This document shows, in pieces, positions 10,483 to 20,440 of a stretch of DNA of 64,000 nt; position 1 is the stretch's first letter; every line of letters starts with the position of its first letter. The translations under genes were made by a program, and so were the position numbers. The stretch is from Bythopirellula sp. Its GTDB lineage: Bacteria > Planctomycetota > Planctomycetia > Pirellulales > Lacipirellulaceae. Under the pieces are notes generated by a model. It made no database searches. It was not told the origin of the DNA and saw only the letters and a program-made list of their open reading frames with translations. Location: assembly GCA_965216565.1 (NCBI GenBank), contig OZ244170.1, positions 4,160,001 to 4,224,000 on the forward strand, given 5' to 3'.

Positions 10483-12609
10483 ATGTCTCGCACCAAACGT
10501 CTCGCCTTTGAAACTCTCGAACGTCGCCAGATGCTTGCTGGTGATCTGTTCTACGATCCAATCACGCCCGGCACTTTCGATCGCATCGTTTTCGTCGATC
10601 AATTCGGCGGCGACTTGAGCGGCGTTGCCGATCCCACCCCAGTCGTGGGACAAAAGGTTTATGTCTCCATCGATTGGTCGGCTGTCGGGCTCGATCCGGC
10701 CGATACCTACTTTGTTCAGCTCGATATGGATGGAGAAATTCTCGATACCCTCTTCTTTGAGCCATTCTCAAATACAGACTACCCCGCGTTGTTCCATGGT
10801 GGGTGGATCGCTCAGCCCGATACCACGCACACCATCACCGTCACGCTCGATCCGAATAACCAAGTCGTCGAAACGAACGAAGCGAACAACACGTTCACCT
10901 TGCAATTCACCACACGCGACGCGGACGATCTGCCTGCCAAGTTTGGCAATCCTATCGCGGGAACGCAGAATGTGGATTGGGTACTGGGTGGCTACGTGGA
11001 TGTCGATCCAGGCTTCTTTCCGGATTTTGAAGATCATCAAGGAGAAACCAATACCACACGCGAAGGCCATAATGGCCTCGATATCGAGGTAGCGAATTTC
11101 GCCGCCCAAGATGCCGGTGTACAGGTGATCGCCGCGGCTCCAGGCATGGTGATCGAAGCGGTCGATGGCGACTTCGATCGCGAGACGGTCCTCAACTTTG
11201 CCAATGCCGGGAACCGCGTGTTCATCGATCACGGCGATGGCTGGGTTTCGCAGTACTACCATCTTCGCCGCGACACCGTGGCGGTGACGGTCGGTCAACA
11301 AGTGGAAACCGGCGACGTGCTAGGGCTGGTCGGTAGCAGCGGCAACTCTGCCGGGCCCCACGTGCACTTCGAAATCCAGCATCATGGTTCTCCCGTGGAG
11401 CCGTTCATTGCCCCCGAGCAGTACTTCGTCGCTTCGGACTTCGATAATAGTGGGAACTCCACGGGGCTCGACTTTCTCCTCTGGCAACAAAATGTCGGCA
11501 CATCCTCCGGAGCAACAACGGCCGAGGGCGATGCCAACGCAGACAATACCGTGGGCACTGCCGACCTGCTGATTTGGGAATCCCAGTATGGCGACACTCC
11601 CCTGCCCTACGTCTTCGACCCCGTGTTGCCCAACAATCTGCTCGATTTTGGCGTCACCAACGATATTCAAGATGGCGTGAGCACCGGGTTCGGGTTGCCA
11701 TTGGCCCAATTCATCGAGCGACCTTCGGAAGTGGAAGCCTTTCCCGGTAGCAGCGAGTGGATTTTGGCTTGGGGCATCTTTAGCTCGGTCGAAGCTGGCG
11801 ACACTTGGGAGGCTCAGCTCTATCGACCCAATGGGACGTTGGTCAACGACTTTGCAGCAGTCACCTTTGCCAGCAATCAGGGCAAAAATTCAGGGCTCTT
11901 CAATCCGGGTCTGACGGAAAACATTCCCGGCACGTGGCGCGTCGATTTCCTTTACAACGATGTCAAAATCGGCGAGCGGACTTTCGAAGTCGGTAGCTCA
12001 CTCCCAGAGATGCGCGTCTTCGAAGATGGTGCGGGGACATACATTCTCGATGGCCGCACCACACCGATAGACTTTGGCTCAGCGGCCCAGGGCGGATCGG
12101 CGCCGGAACTGACTTTCAAAGTCGAGAACCACGGTTATGCCGATCTCACCATCAGCGGCGTCAACCTTCCTGTGGGGTATTCCATCACCGAGTCGCTCAG
12201 CGCAACCATTGCCGCCGGCACGAGCGATACTTTCACGGTCGAACTCGACACATCCGTGGTCGGGTCAAAAACTGGTCAGATTGTGATCAATTCCAACGAC
12301 GCCAGCGAGGCCGCCTTCGAATTCGAAGTGGAAGGCGAGATCACCGCCCCGCTGGCGGCAGCGTCGCTACCCGCCTCGGCGTTCTATTACCAGAGTCTCG
12401 CCCTCTACGGCGAGGCCTCCTCAGAGACGAGCTTGCCGTCAGCGGAGCCAGCAAGGGTTGCTGCGGCATTGGAGCAATCACCCTCGACGGTCGACCCCCT
12501 GCCAACCGCTTCCAGCGCCGGTTCCTTTTATCCGTTGAGCGAAGCCGATGAAGACGAAGCAGAGGAAGCCACCGACGAGGCATTCACCGAACTCGGCCCG
12601 CAACTCTAG
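10483..12609 (+). CDS. Secreted M23-family metallopeptidase with CARDB-like, dockerin-like and choice-of-anchor D-like domains
   Basis: RTKRLAFETLERRQMLAG export motif; DPNNQVVETNEANN; HNGLD and GPHVHFE Zn motifs; DFDNSG..DFLLWQ / GDANAD repeats; INSNDASE..FEF. Start chosen at ATG 10483 after GGAG. Confidence 0.85.
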   Translation: MSRTKRLAFETLERRQMLAGDLFYDPITPGTFDRIVFVDQFGGDLSGVADPTPVVGQKVYVSIDWSAVGLDPADTYFVQLDMDGEILDTLFFEPFSNTDYPALFHGGWIAQPDTTHTITVTLDPNNQVVETNEANNTFTLQFTTRDADDLPAKFGNPIAGTQNVDWVLGGYVDVDPGFFPDFEDHQGETNTTREGHNGLDIEVANFAAQDAGVQVIAAAPGMVIEAVDGDFDRETVLNFANAGNRVFIDHGDGWVSQYYHLRRDTVAVTVGQQVETGDVLGLVGSSGNSAGPHVHFEIQHHGSPVEPFIAPEQYFVASDFDNSGNSTGLDFLLWQQNVGTSSGATTAEGDANADNTVGTADLLIWESQYGDTPLPYVFDPVLPNNLLDFGVTNDIQDGVSTGFGLPLAQFIERPSEVEAFPGSSEWILAWGIFSSVEAGDTWEAQLYRPNGTLVNDFAAVTFASNQGKNSGLFNPGLTENIPGTWRVDFLYNDVKIGERTFEVGSSLPEMRVFEDGAGTYILDGRTTPIDFGSAAQGGSAPELTFKVENHGYADLTISGVNLPVGYSITESLSATIAAGTSDTFTVELDTSVVGSKTGQIVINSNDASEAAFEFEVEGEITAPLAAASLPASAFYYQSLALYGEASSETSLPSAEPARVAAALEQSPSTVDPLPTASSAGSFYPLSEADEDEAEEATDEAFTELGPQL

Positions 12610-12748
12610 TTGTGAAACCCGAGCCGCGCTCCACTGCTTGCCCGCCGTGGTGGGAGTCGCAAGGCTGGGGCTAGCTGCCGAGCACGCATTTTTGTAGGCT
12701 CTCACTTTCCCCCGACAGCCTCCAGCCTCAAGCCTACAGCCTCCCCCC

Positions 12749-13981
12749 ATGTCCGACCCTTACTTCCAAAAACTGTTTGCCGACCGCATTGGCGGAGTTA
12801 ACTACGGCAAAGACGATTCCATCTACAAGTTTGAAAAAATCAAGCGTGCGAAACGCAAGGCTCTGGCCGATTTCCCGGATCGCCAGTTGCTCGACTTTGG
12901 CATCGGCGAAAACGACGGCGTCGCCGACGAAGTTGTCCTGAAAACTATGGCCGAGGAAATGGGCAAGCCGGAGAATCGCGGCTATGCCGACAATGGCCCC
13001 CCAGTGTTCAAAGAAGCGGTCGCCCGGTTCATGCAACGGCAATATGGTGTCGAGCTCGATCCCACCAAAGAGATCATCCATTGCATTGGTTCCAAGTCGG
13101 GGCTGGCCATTTTGCCCTCGGCATTCATCAATCCTGGCGATATCACGTTGATGACGGTCCCCGGTTACCCAGTGGCTGGAACGCACACGTCGTACCTGGG
13201 CGGTGTCGTTTACAAATTGCCACTGCTGGCGGAGAACGGGTTCCTGCCCGACCTGGCGAGCATTCCGGGGGATGTGCTGGAGAAGGCAAAACTTCTGCTG
13301 CTTTGCTTCCCCAACAGCCCTACCGGAGTGACCGCCACACGCGAGTACTACGAGCAGATCATCGAATTCGCCAAGCAGAATGAAATTGTCATCGTGCAAG
13401 ATGCGGCCCACGGGTTACTCTCATTCGATCGCGAACCGAACAGTTTCCTCGCGGTGCCCGGGGCCAAGGACGTTGGTGTCGAAATGCACTCGATGAGCAA
13501 GGGCTTCGACATGATCGGCTGGCGGATTGGTTGGATTTGTGGCAACGAACGAATCGTCAGCGCCTTTGGCGACGTGAAAGACACCTCCGACTCGGGCCAA
13601 TTTATCGCCATCCAAAAAGCGGCCGTCGCGGCGCTCGACGATCCGGAAATTCCCAACCGTATCCGCACCAAATACAAGCGTCGCATGGAAAAGCTTGTCG
13701 CCACTCTCCGGCGCTGCGGGTTCCAATGCGAAATGCCCGGCGGTACGTACTTTCTATACACGCCCTCGCCCAAGGGATTGGAAGACGGCCCGACGTTCGA
13801 GAACGCCGAAGCCGCTAGCCAGTATCTCATCACACAGCAGTCGATTTGCACGGTGCCCTGGGACGATGCCGGCTCGTTCCTCCGCTTCTCAGTCACTTAC
13901 GTCGCCGAAGACGAAGCAGCCGAAGACGCTTTAATGGCGGAAACCGAATCGCGACTGAAGAACATTCGTCCGGTGTTTTGA
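12749..13981 (+). CDS. dapL: LL-diaminopimelate aminotransferase (PLP class I/II)
   Basis: IYKFEKIKRAK, GIGE, PNSPTG, HSMSKGFDMIGWRIG, DSGQF. Confidence 0.8.
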   Translation: MSDPYFQKLFADRIGGVNYGKDDSIYKFEKIKRAKRKALADFPDRQLLDFGIGENDGVADEVVLKTMAEEMGKPENRGYADNGPPVFKEAVARFMQRQYGVELDPTKEIIHCIGSKSGLAILPSAFINPGDITLMTVPGYPVAGTHTSYLGGVVYKLPLLAENGFLPDLASIPGDVLEKAKLLLLCFPNSPTGVTATREYYEQIIEFAKQNEIVIVQDAAHGLLSFDREPNSFLAVPGAKDVGVEMHSMSKGFDMIGWRIGWICGNERIVSAFGDVKDTSDSGQFIAIQKAAVAALDDPEIPNRIRTKYKRRMEKLVATLRRCGFQCEMPGGTYFLYTPSPKGLEDGPTFENAEAASQYLITQQSICTVPWDDAGSFLRFSVTYVAEDEAAEDALMAETESRLKNIRPVF

Positions 13982-14027
13982 GAGACCAGAGACCAGAGAC
14001 CAGAGACTAGAGACTAGAGACTAGAGA
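13981..14027. repeat. Heptamer tandem repeat (AGAGACC/AGAGACT)n
   Basis: About 6.5 units directly after the dapL stop; degenerate reverse-orientation tract at about 14901-14953. Confidence 0.85.
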
Positions 14028-14029
14028 AA

Positions 14030-14105
14030 TCCCCCTCCCTTGAAAGGTCGCCTCGGCGACTCGCCTTTGGAGAGGAGGGGTTAGGGGAGGGTTGATCGAG
14101 AACGC
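14030..14105 (+). repeat. 76-bp inverted repeat, left copy
   Basis: TCCCCCTCCCTTGAAAGG...GGGTTAGGGGAGGGTTGATCGAGAACGC; 74/76 match to the reverse complement of 14822-14897. Confidence 0.9.
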
Positions 14106-14250
14106 TCAACCTTCAAGGTGCGTTCCGCTAACGCTCCACGCACCCTACGTGCAGAATCAGCTATTCGCTCGATTCGCATAGTTCATTCGCACATTGCGTG
14201 ATCAAGAGAATTCAGCGAACCAAGCTCGCCGGGTTTCTGTCTTGGTGATC

Positions 14251-14640
14251 ATGGCTAAGTCTCGTCCACTCCGCGAACCCCTCCCCTTAGGCAACGCCTG
14301 CAAGCTCGCCAAGACGCTTGCGCCGGAGGAAATCTACCCCCGAGACTTTGTTGCCCAACTGTACGAGGTCCAGGAATATCCCTCGCTCATCTGGTGCGAT
14401 GATAATTACGCGACGTCGCGCGAGGAACTGATTCGCATTCAGTACACCCCCGAAAACGGCGGCGTGCCGCTTAAGGTGAAGTCTGTTTGCTTACCGTTTG
14501 TGCTGGTGAAGCACCCCCGCGGACAGCAATTCATGATCGACATCCGTCGCGTGAAGCTGGCCCGACTCGACCGCGAGTTCGCCAAAACGGCTTGGAAGAG
14601 CCTCCGCGCTCGCAGCAGCAAGCGAAAGAGAAAAAAGTAG
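14251..14640 (+). CDS. Hypothetical protein (129 aa, basic C-terminus)
   Basis: ORF track 14194..14640; ATG at 14251 preferred. Confidence 0.65.
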   Translation: MAKSRPLREPLPLGNACKLAKTLAPEEIYPRDFVAQLYEVQEYPSLIWCDDNYATSREELIRIQYTPENGGVPLKVKSVCLPFVLVKHPRGQQFMIDIRRVKLARLDREFAKTAWKSLRARSSKRKRKK

Positions 14641-14821
14641 GGTGCGATGCAGCAAAGCGGAATCGCACCATTGCATGGTAATGCGCTCTCAACATTCACG
14701 TTCCGCCAATCTGTTGGCGGTGTCTGCCAAGACACTGCGGAATGCAATCGGTGCAGCGGGACGCTATCGCTGAATACGCCCTAATGCCTCTCCCCTCCGG
14801 AAAAGCTAGCCGAGGGGCGGG

Positions 14822-14897
14822 GCGTTTTCGATCAACCCTCCCCTAACCCCTCCTCTCCAAAGGCGAGTCGCCGAGGCGACCTTTCAAAGGAGGGGGA
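14822..14897 (-). repeat. 76-bp inverted repeat, right copy
   Basis: Reverse complement of 14030-14105 with 2 mismatches. Confidence 0.9.
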
Positions 14898-14957
14898 CTT
14901 GTCTAAACTCTAAGCTCCAGGCTCTAGTCTCTTGACTCTAGACTCTAGACTCTCCCC

Positions 14958-17900
14958 TCACAACACCGCCGCGCGTTGCTCGGCACTTCGCAATCCCAGG
15001 TTGCCATAGCGGTGGTACACGTGCGAGAGGCTTTGCTCCTGGAAGTACCACAGCAATTCCACCCGACCATGGGAATTGACCGGTGCATCGGCGATGTACT
15101 GGCCATCCACCGCCGAGGCAGTGCGGACCAGGGGCGACACACGTTCGGCACAGGCGTAGCGAATCCGCTGCACGTGGCCTTCGCGTACCTGCTGTGCCAG
15201 GTCGTCGTCGGCCAGTTCGACAAACTCAATTGCCCCCGCCCAATCTTGGGTGATAGTTTCCAGCAATTCGATCAGCCGCGAATCGTGATCGGGCAAACTA
15301 CTGACAATCGTCCGACAACCGGCCGTCCGCGCAGCCACCACCCGGGCAGATAGTTCAAACAGCGAGTCCTTGGGATGCACACGCACGTGCATTTCGCCGA
15401 TCGGCAAATAGCGGCGGAAATTATCTTCACCAACAAGCAGAAAATGATCGTGAGCGTGGTCGAATTCCTCGGCCATCCAGTGCTCGTAGCTTTGCACGGC
15501 GTCGATAATCTGCCGTAGCTCTTCGTCTGAACCGAGCGAACCTGCACTGGCTTGGAGGAGCTCACAAAAATCATCGAGGCTGGTGTCGCCGAGATCACTC
15601 GTATCGCGACCCCGATTCACGGGATCGGGTGTATCTGCCGTCTCTTCAAACCGCATCAGCGGAGCAACATAGTTGGGCCCGCCCGCTTTGATGCCCGGTC
15701 CGACGGCGCTCTTGCCCATCCCACCGAAGGGCTGTCGCAGGACGATCGCCCCGGTCGTCGGACGATTGATATAGAGATTCCCCGCGCGGATTCCTTCCTG
15801 CCAGAGTTCGATTTCGCGATCGTCCAGGCTTTCCAATCCCGAAGTAAGCCCGTAGCCAGTGGCGTTGACCAGATCGATTGCCTCGTGCAAATCTCGCGCA
15901 CACATCACACCCAACAGGGGACCGAAAAACTCGGTGCAGTGCGTCATGCTTCCCGGTTGCACGGCCCACTTCACACCCGGACTCACGAGGTGAGGATTCC
16001 CATCAACATGAAGCCGCGGCATCACGGCCCACGACTCGCCTTGCTCCAACTCTTTCAGCCCCTGTTCCAGCTCACCGCTGGGAGGACGGATCAACGGACC
16101 GACCTTGCTTGGCAAATCCCAGGCGGAACCGACATGCAGACTCTCCACCGCATCGCACAGCGCCGTGCGGAAACCTTCATCGTGATAGACTTCCTCTTCC
16201 AGAATCAACAGCGACGTGGCTGAGCACTTTTGTCCGCTATGGCCAAAGGCTGAGTGCAGAACATTCTTGATCGCCAGATCGCGATCGGCCAGCGCCGTGA
16301 CGATCGTGGCATTTTTGCCGCCGGTTTCGGCCAGCAAATTCATCGTCGGCTTGGCGGCCAACATCGTGAGCGCTGTTTCGGTTCCGCCGGTAAGGATCAC
16401 CGTATCCACGTCATCGTGAGTTACCAGTTGCTGACCGACGGTCGCGCCACTGCAGGGCATAAACTGCAATGCCGACTTCGGCACGCCCGCCTTCCAAAAG
16501 CATTGGCAAAGCAGATAGGCAATCAGCACGGTATCAGACGCCGGTTTTAAGATCACACTGTTCCCCGCTGCCAGCGCTGCCGCCACGCCGCCGCAGGGAA
16601 TTGCCAGGGGGAAATTCCACGGCGAGACCACCACCACCACGCCCCTGCCCTCTGCCTCCAAACCCGGCACATGGTGAAAATACTCTGCCGAACGGCCATA
16701 GAATCGGCAGAAATCGATCGCCTCGGACACTTCCGGATCGCTTTCGCTGAGGAGTTTCCCCCCCTCGGCAAGCATCGCACCCATCAGTTCACCGCGGGCT
16801 ATCGCGAGCAGGTCCGCCACTTGCGCCAGTACTTCACGACGCGCCCCGACCGCCATTTCCCGCCAATCTGCGCCATCTACCTTGGCATACTCAACGGCCC
16901 GCGACACATCCGTTTCGGTAGCGAGTGTGAATCGCGCAACCACGTTTTCAGGCCGAGAAGGATCGATTGAATCTCGCGCCGTCGGCCGATCGAACCGCTC
17001 TTCCCCCGCCACCACCAACGGCACATCCAATGCCTGCTCCCCGCAGTGCGATTGCCAACGTTCAATAATCTTCTGTGCCCATTGGCCATTGGCCACTAAC
17101 GACCAGTCTGTATCGGGTTCGTTTTGAAACGGAGCATCCCCCGACTTCTGCTCCCCGAGCGCTGTGCCCTTGATTCGATCTTGTTGACGTCGCGGCTCAG
17201 CAGCCACCGATTCCATCAAATCAAACGATTTGAGAAACGTTTGCTCCAGTTCTTTCCACTCGGGGCTATCGACGGTCAGGCTGAAGGCGTGTCGCAAAAA
17301 GTTTTCGTCACCGGTGTTTTCGTCCAATCGCCGCACCAGGTAACCGATGGCATTGATAAACTCGGCCTGACTGCAAGCCGGCGCGTAGAGCAACATATTC
17401 TGTGTGAGTTCAAACAGTGCCCGGCGTTGATGGTTAGCCATGCCCTCGAGCATTTCGAACTGCACCCGTTCCAGCGCCCCGGCCCGCACGGCGAGCACCA
17501 ACCCGTAAGCCATAGTGAACAGGTTGTGCGATGCGATTCCCAGCCCCACCGCGGCGAGGTTCTCGGGCTGCATTCCGTAGCGGAGCATCCGCTTGTAATT
17601 GGCATCGGTTTGCACTTTCTCTTGGTACGGTGCCTGCGGCCAACCCCGCACACTGGCCTCGACCCGCTCCATTTCCATGTTGGCTCCCTTCACGAGCCGA
17701 ATCACCACCGGCGTGCCGCCACCTTCCACCCGTTTCCTGGCCCACTCGGTAATGCGCTGCTGCATCCGAAACGAGTCGGGAATATAGGCCTGCAGCGCAA
17801 TCCCGGCGCGTACCTGTTCCAGTCCCGGCCGATCGAGCGTCCGCATGAAAACTTCGGCCGTGATCTGCAGGTCGCGGTACTCTTCCATATCTAGATACAC

Positions 17901-18683
17901 AAGCTTCTTTACTTCCGTACCATCAAGACGCTCGTACCGATTCTTTGCCGCGGCACGATAGAGCAACTCCATCCGATCGCAGAGGACTTCAACCGTGTGC
18001 TCTCTGGCGAGCGGTGAAACCTGTGAATAGATCGTGGAGATTTTCACAGAGACGACTTCAATCTCCGGCGTGGCGAGTGCTTGCAGATAGAGTTTCAACC
18101 GTCGCTCAGCTTCCTTCTCTCCCAGTAGCGCTTCACCCAGGAAATTGACATTCATCCGCACGCCCGATTCGCGGCGTTTGCGGAGATAGTCTTTCAGCAG
18201 TTCTGGCTCGGCGGGCAGAATGACGTTGGCTGTTTCCTGCTGCATCTTTTCTTTCACAAACGGCATCGCCACCCCGGGCAGATACGCACCAAAAGATTGA
18301 AAACCTTTGAGCAGTGTGCGATCGAGCGTACTGAAAAATCGGGGCACGCCCTGCACGTCCAAGATGTGGATCAACTGGTCCGCGGCGCGATGCGGCAGTC
18401 GCGAGCGAAACGCCTGATCGGTGAGCTGCATGAGCGTGGTCTTGTCGGCGGGCGACTGCATCATGCGGTCGAGTTCCGCCTGTTGCCGGCGCTCGGCGGG
18501 CGTTTGCAATTGAGAGGCCTGCGTTTGCAGGTGCCGGGCGAGGAACAGTGCCTGCTGGATATCCTCGTCATAAGGCGAATCGGCAGCGGGCTCAAAGTCG
18601 GCGAGCAGTTGGGAAACCGTGTCAATAACTTCGCGGGCTACAGCAGTCGGCAGCGAGGGGCTCATCGGGCTGATTCCTGGCAA
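14958..18683 (-). CDS. putA: Bifunctional proline dehydrogenase / P5C dehydrogenase
   Basis: LDMEEY, IRLVKGAN, ASHN, YLVRRLDEN (PRODH); SPWNFP, ETGGKN, GQKCSA, EFFGP, QPFGG (ALDH). Start approximate. Confidence 0.95.
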   Translation of the reverse strand: MPGISPMSPSLPTAVAREVIDTVSQLLADFEPAADSPYDEDIQQALFLARHLQTQASQLQTPAERRQQAELDRMMQSPADKTTLMQLTDQAFRSRLPHRAADQLIHILDVQGVPRFFSTLDRTLLKGFQSFGAYLPGVAMPFVKEKMQQETANVILPAEPELLKDYLRKRRESGVRMNVNFLGEALLGEKEAERRLKLYLQALATPEIEVVSVKISTIYSQVSPLAREHTVEVLCDRMELLYRAAAKNRYERLDGTEVKKLVYLDMEEYRDLQITAEVFMRTLDRPGLEQVRAGIALQAYIPDSFRMQQRITEWARKRVEGGGTPVVIRLVKGANMEMERVEASVRGWPQAPYQEKVQTDANYKRMLRYGMQPENLAAVGLGIASHNLFTMAYGLVLAVRAGALERVQFEMLEGMANHQRRALFELTQNMLLYAPACSQAEFINAIGYLVRRLDENTGDENFLRHAFSLTVDSPEWKELEQTFLKSFDLMESVAAEPRRQQDRIKGTALGEQKSGDAPFQNEPDTDWSLVANGQWAQKIIERWQSHCGEQALDVPLVVAGEERFDRPTARDSIDPSRPENVVARFTLATETDVSRAVEYAKVDGADWREMAVGARREVLAQVADLLAIARGELMGAMLAEGGKLLSESDPEVSEAIDFCRFYGRSAEYFHHVPGLEAEGRGVVVVVSPWNFPLAIPCGGVAAALAAGNSVILKPASDTVLIAYLLCQCFWKAGVPKSALQFMPCSGATVGQQLVTHDDVDTVILTGGTETALTMLAAKPTMNLLAETGGKNATIVTALADRDLAIKNVLHSAFGHSGQKCSATSLLILEEEVYHDEGFRTALCDAVESLHVGSAWDLPSKVGPLIRPPSGELEQGLKELEQGESWAVMPRLHVDGNPHLVSPGVKWAVQPGSMTHCTEFFGPLLGVMCARDLHEAIDLVNATGYGLTSGLESLDDREIELWQEGIRAGNLYINRPTTGAIVLRQPFGGMGKSAVGPGIKAGGPNYVAPLMRFEETADTPDPVNRGRDTSDLGDTSLDDFCELLQASAGSLGSDEELRQIIDAVQSYEHWMAEEFDHAHDHFLLVGEDNFRRYLPIGEMHVRVHPKDSLFELSARVVAARTAGCRTIVSSLPDHDSRLIELLETITQDWAGAIEFVELADDDLAQQVREGHVQRIRYACAERVSPLVRTASAVDGQYIADAPVNSHGRVELLWYFQEQSLSHVYHRYGNLGLRSAEQRAAVL

Positions 18684-18826
18684 TGTGGTTTTGCAGCAAA
18701 GGTCTCAGCGCATTATTCGACGTCCGCACGGCAGGAGCAAGGGAGTATCAGCCAATAGAGCAGCCAAGATTCGCAACGACGCCCAGGCCAGCCAAGTTGC
18801 GCAGACCTTAAGACAAGAGGCGCAGT

Positions 18827-19345
18827 CTACTGCGAATTGTTAATCCGCTGGGCCAAGTATTCCAGAATATCTCGGATGGAAATGACTCCCAACAGGGCAT
18901 TGTCTTGCGTGATGGGAATATGCCGATAGCCGCCGACATGCATCTTATGGAGAGCAAAAGCAATCTTGTCTTCCGCATCCAGCGTTTCGGGCTTGGGGGT
19001 CATCAGAGTTTCGATTGCTTGATCGGCATACCCGTCCACCTCGGCATTGATTTTCAGCAAGGCATCGCGCTCGCTGAAAATACCTGCGATCTGATCCCCT
19101 TGCACGACAATCACGCAGCCGATGTCCGCCTCGACCATTTGCTTCAGCACATCGCCTACACTGGTGCCTACCTCAGCCGTAAGAGGCTTTTTGGGGGAAA
19201 GCGACTCAATACGGTCCTTCAGCAATCCCTTTTCGACTGTGCTTTTCGGGTTGGGGTAGCTCATGTCGGTGAGGGAGTGCTGACAGTCGTCGCACATATC
19301 CGCACCTTCGATGTATTCAGCTCCACAATGGGGACAAAGCTTCAT
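18827..19345 (-). CDS. CBS-pair protein with N-terminal Zn ribbon
   Basis: CPHC..CDDC, GIFSERD, GGYRHIPI, GVISIRD; ATG overlaps the korB stop (TAATG). Confidence 0.9.
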   Translation of the reverse strand: MKLCPHCGAEYIEGADMCDDCQHSLTDMSYPNPKSTVEKGLLKDRIESLSPKKPLTAEVGTSVGDVLKQMVEADIGCVIVVQGDQIAGIFSERDALLKINAEVDGYADQAIETLMTPKPETLDAEDKIAFALHKMHVGGYRHIPITQDNALLGVISIRDILEYLAQRINNSQ

Positions 19346-20370
19346 TATTCCACTTTCCAAGTTTCGCCGGTGTTAAACATCGCTTCCAGATCGCCAGTGC
19401 CTTTGTCGGCGATAGCCATCTTTACTTGTTCGTTGATCATCTCGTCGTACCGCTGCTGATCGATGGCGCGGAACACACCAATCGGCTCCGGGAAACCATC
19501 TTCGTATCGCATTCGGCTCAACAAGTAGGCCAGGCTCGGTTCGGAACTGCGTTCGTCGTGGAAGAGCAAATCGTCTTCGTTGATGCCTTTGCCAAGTTCA
19601 ACCACTTCGGGATCCAAGCCATTTAAGCGGATACCCTTGTTGCGGTCTTTGCCAAAGATTAGCGGCTTGCCGTGCTCGAGTTCCAGCGTAGTATCGGCCT
19701 TGGTTTCGCGGTCTTTGGCATACTCCCAGGCACCATCGTTAAACACATTGCAGTTCTGATACACCTCAATGAATGCCGTGCCGCTGTGCTCGGCAGCCCG
19801 TTTCATGACGTTGCCCAAGTGTTTGATATTGGTATCAATACTACGGGCGACAAACGTGGCTTCGCAACCAATGGCTATGGAAAGCGGATGCAACGGATTA
19901 TCGATCGCTCCCATCGGTGTGCTCTTGGTCTTCTTGCCTAAGGGCGACGTCGGCGAGTATTGCCCCTTGGTCAAACCATAGATGCGATTGTTGAACAGGA
20001 CGATATTCAGGTCCATGTTGCGGCGGATGCAGTGCATCAGGTGATTGCCACCAATGGAAAGACCGTCGCCGTCGCCCGTGATCACCCACACTTGCAAGTC
20101 GGGCCGACAAGTCTTGAGCCCCGTCGCTACCGCAGGGGCTCGACCATGGATCGAGTGAATGCCGTACGTGTTCATGTAATAGGGGAACCGGCTGGAACAA
20201 CCGATGCCGGAAATAAACACGATATCCTCGCGCGGCACACCCAACGAAGGCAGCATCTTTTTCATCTGCGCCAGAATGGAATAGTCGCCACAGCCGGGAC
20301 ACCAGCGAACATCCTGATCGCTAGCAAAATCGGTAGGTTTCAATACAGGAAGGGTCGTCTCGATGCTCAT
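19345..20370 (-). CDS. korB: 2-oxoacid:ferredoxin oxidoreductase, beta subunit
   Basis: WCPGCGD, GIGCSS, HGRA, GDGD, NNRIYGLTKGQYSPT; substrate not determinable from sequence. Confidence 0.9.
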   Translation of the reverse strand: MSIETTLPVLKPTDFASDQDVRWCPGCGDYSILAQMKKMLPSLGVPREDIVFISGIGCSSRFPYYMNTYGIHSIHGRAPAVATGLKTCRPDLQVWVITGDGDGLSIGGNHLMHCIRRNMDLNIVLFNNRIYGLTKGQYSPTSPLGKKTKSTPMGAIDNPLHPLSIAIGCEATFVARSIDTNIKHLGNVMKRAAEHSGTAFIEVYQNCNVFNDGAWEYAKDRETKADTTLELEHGKPLIFGKDRNKGIRLNGLDPEVVELGKGINEDDLLFHDERSSEPSLAYLLSRMRYEDGFPEPIGVFRAIDQQRYDEMINEQVKMAIADKGTGDLEAMFNTGETWKVE

Positions 20371-20440
20371 GGTTTCGCTGTCAATTGTTAGTCGTTAGTT
20401 ATCAGTTGCGAGTAAGATCATCAATCTGCGATCTCACATC

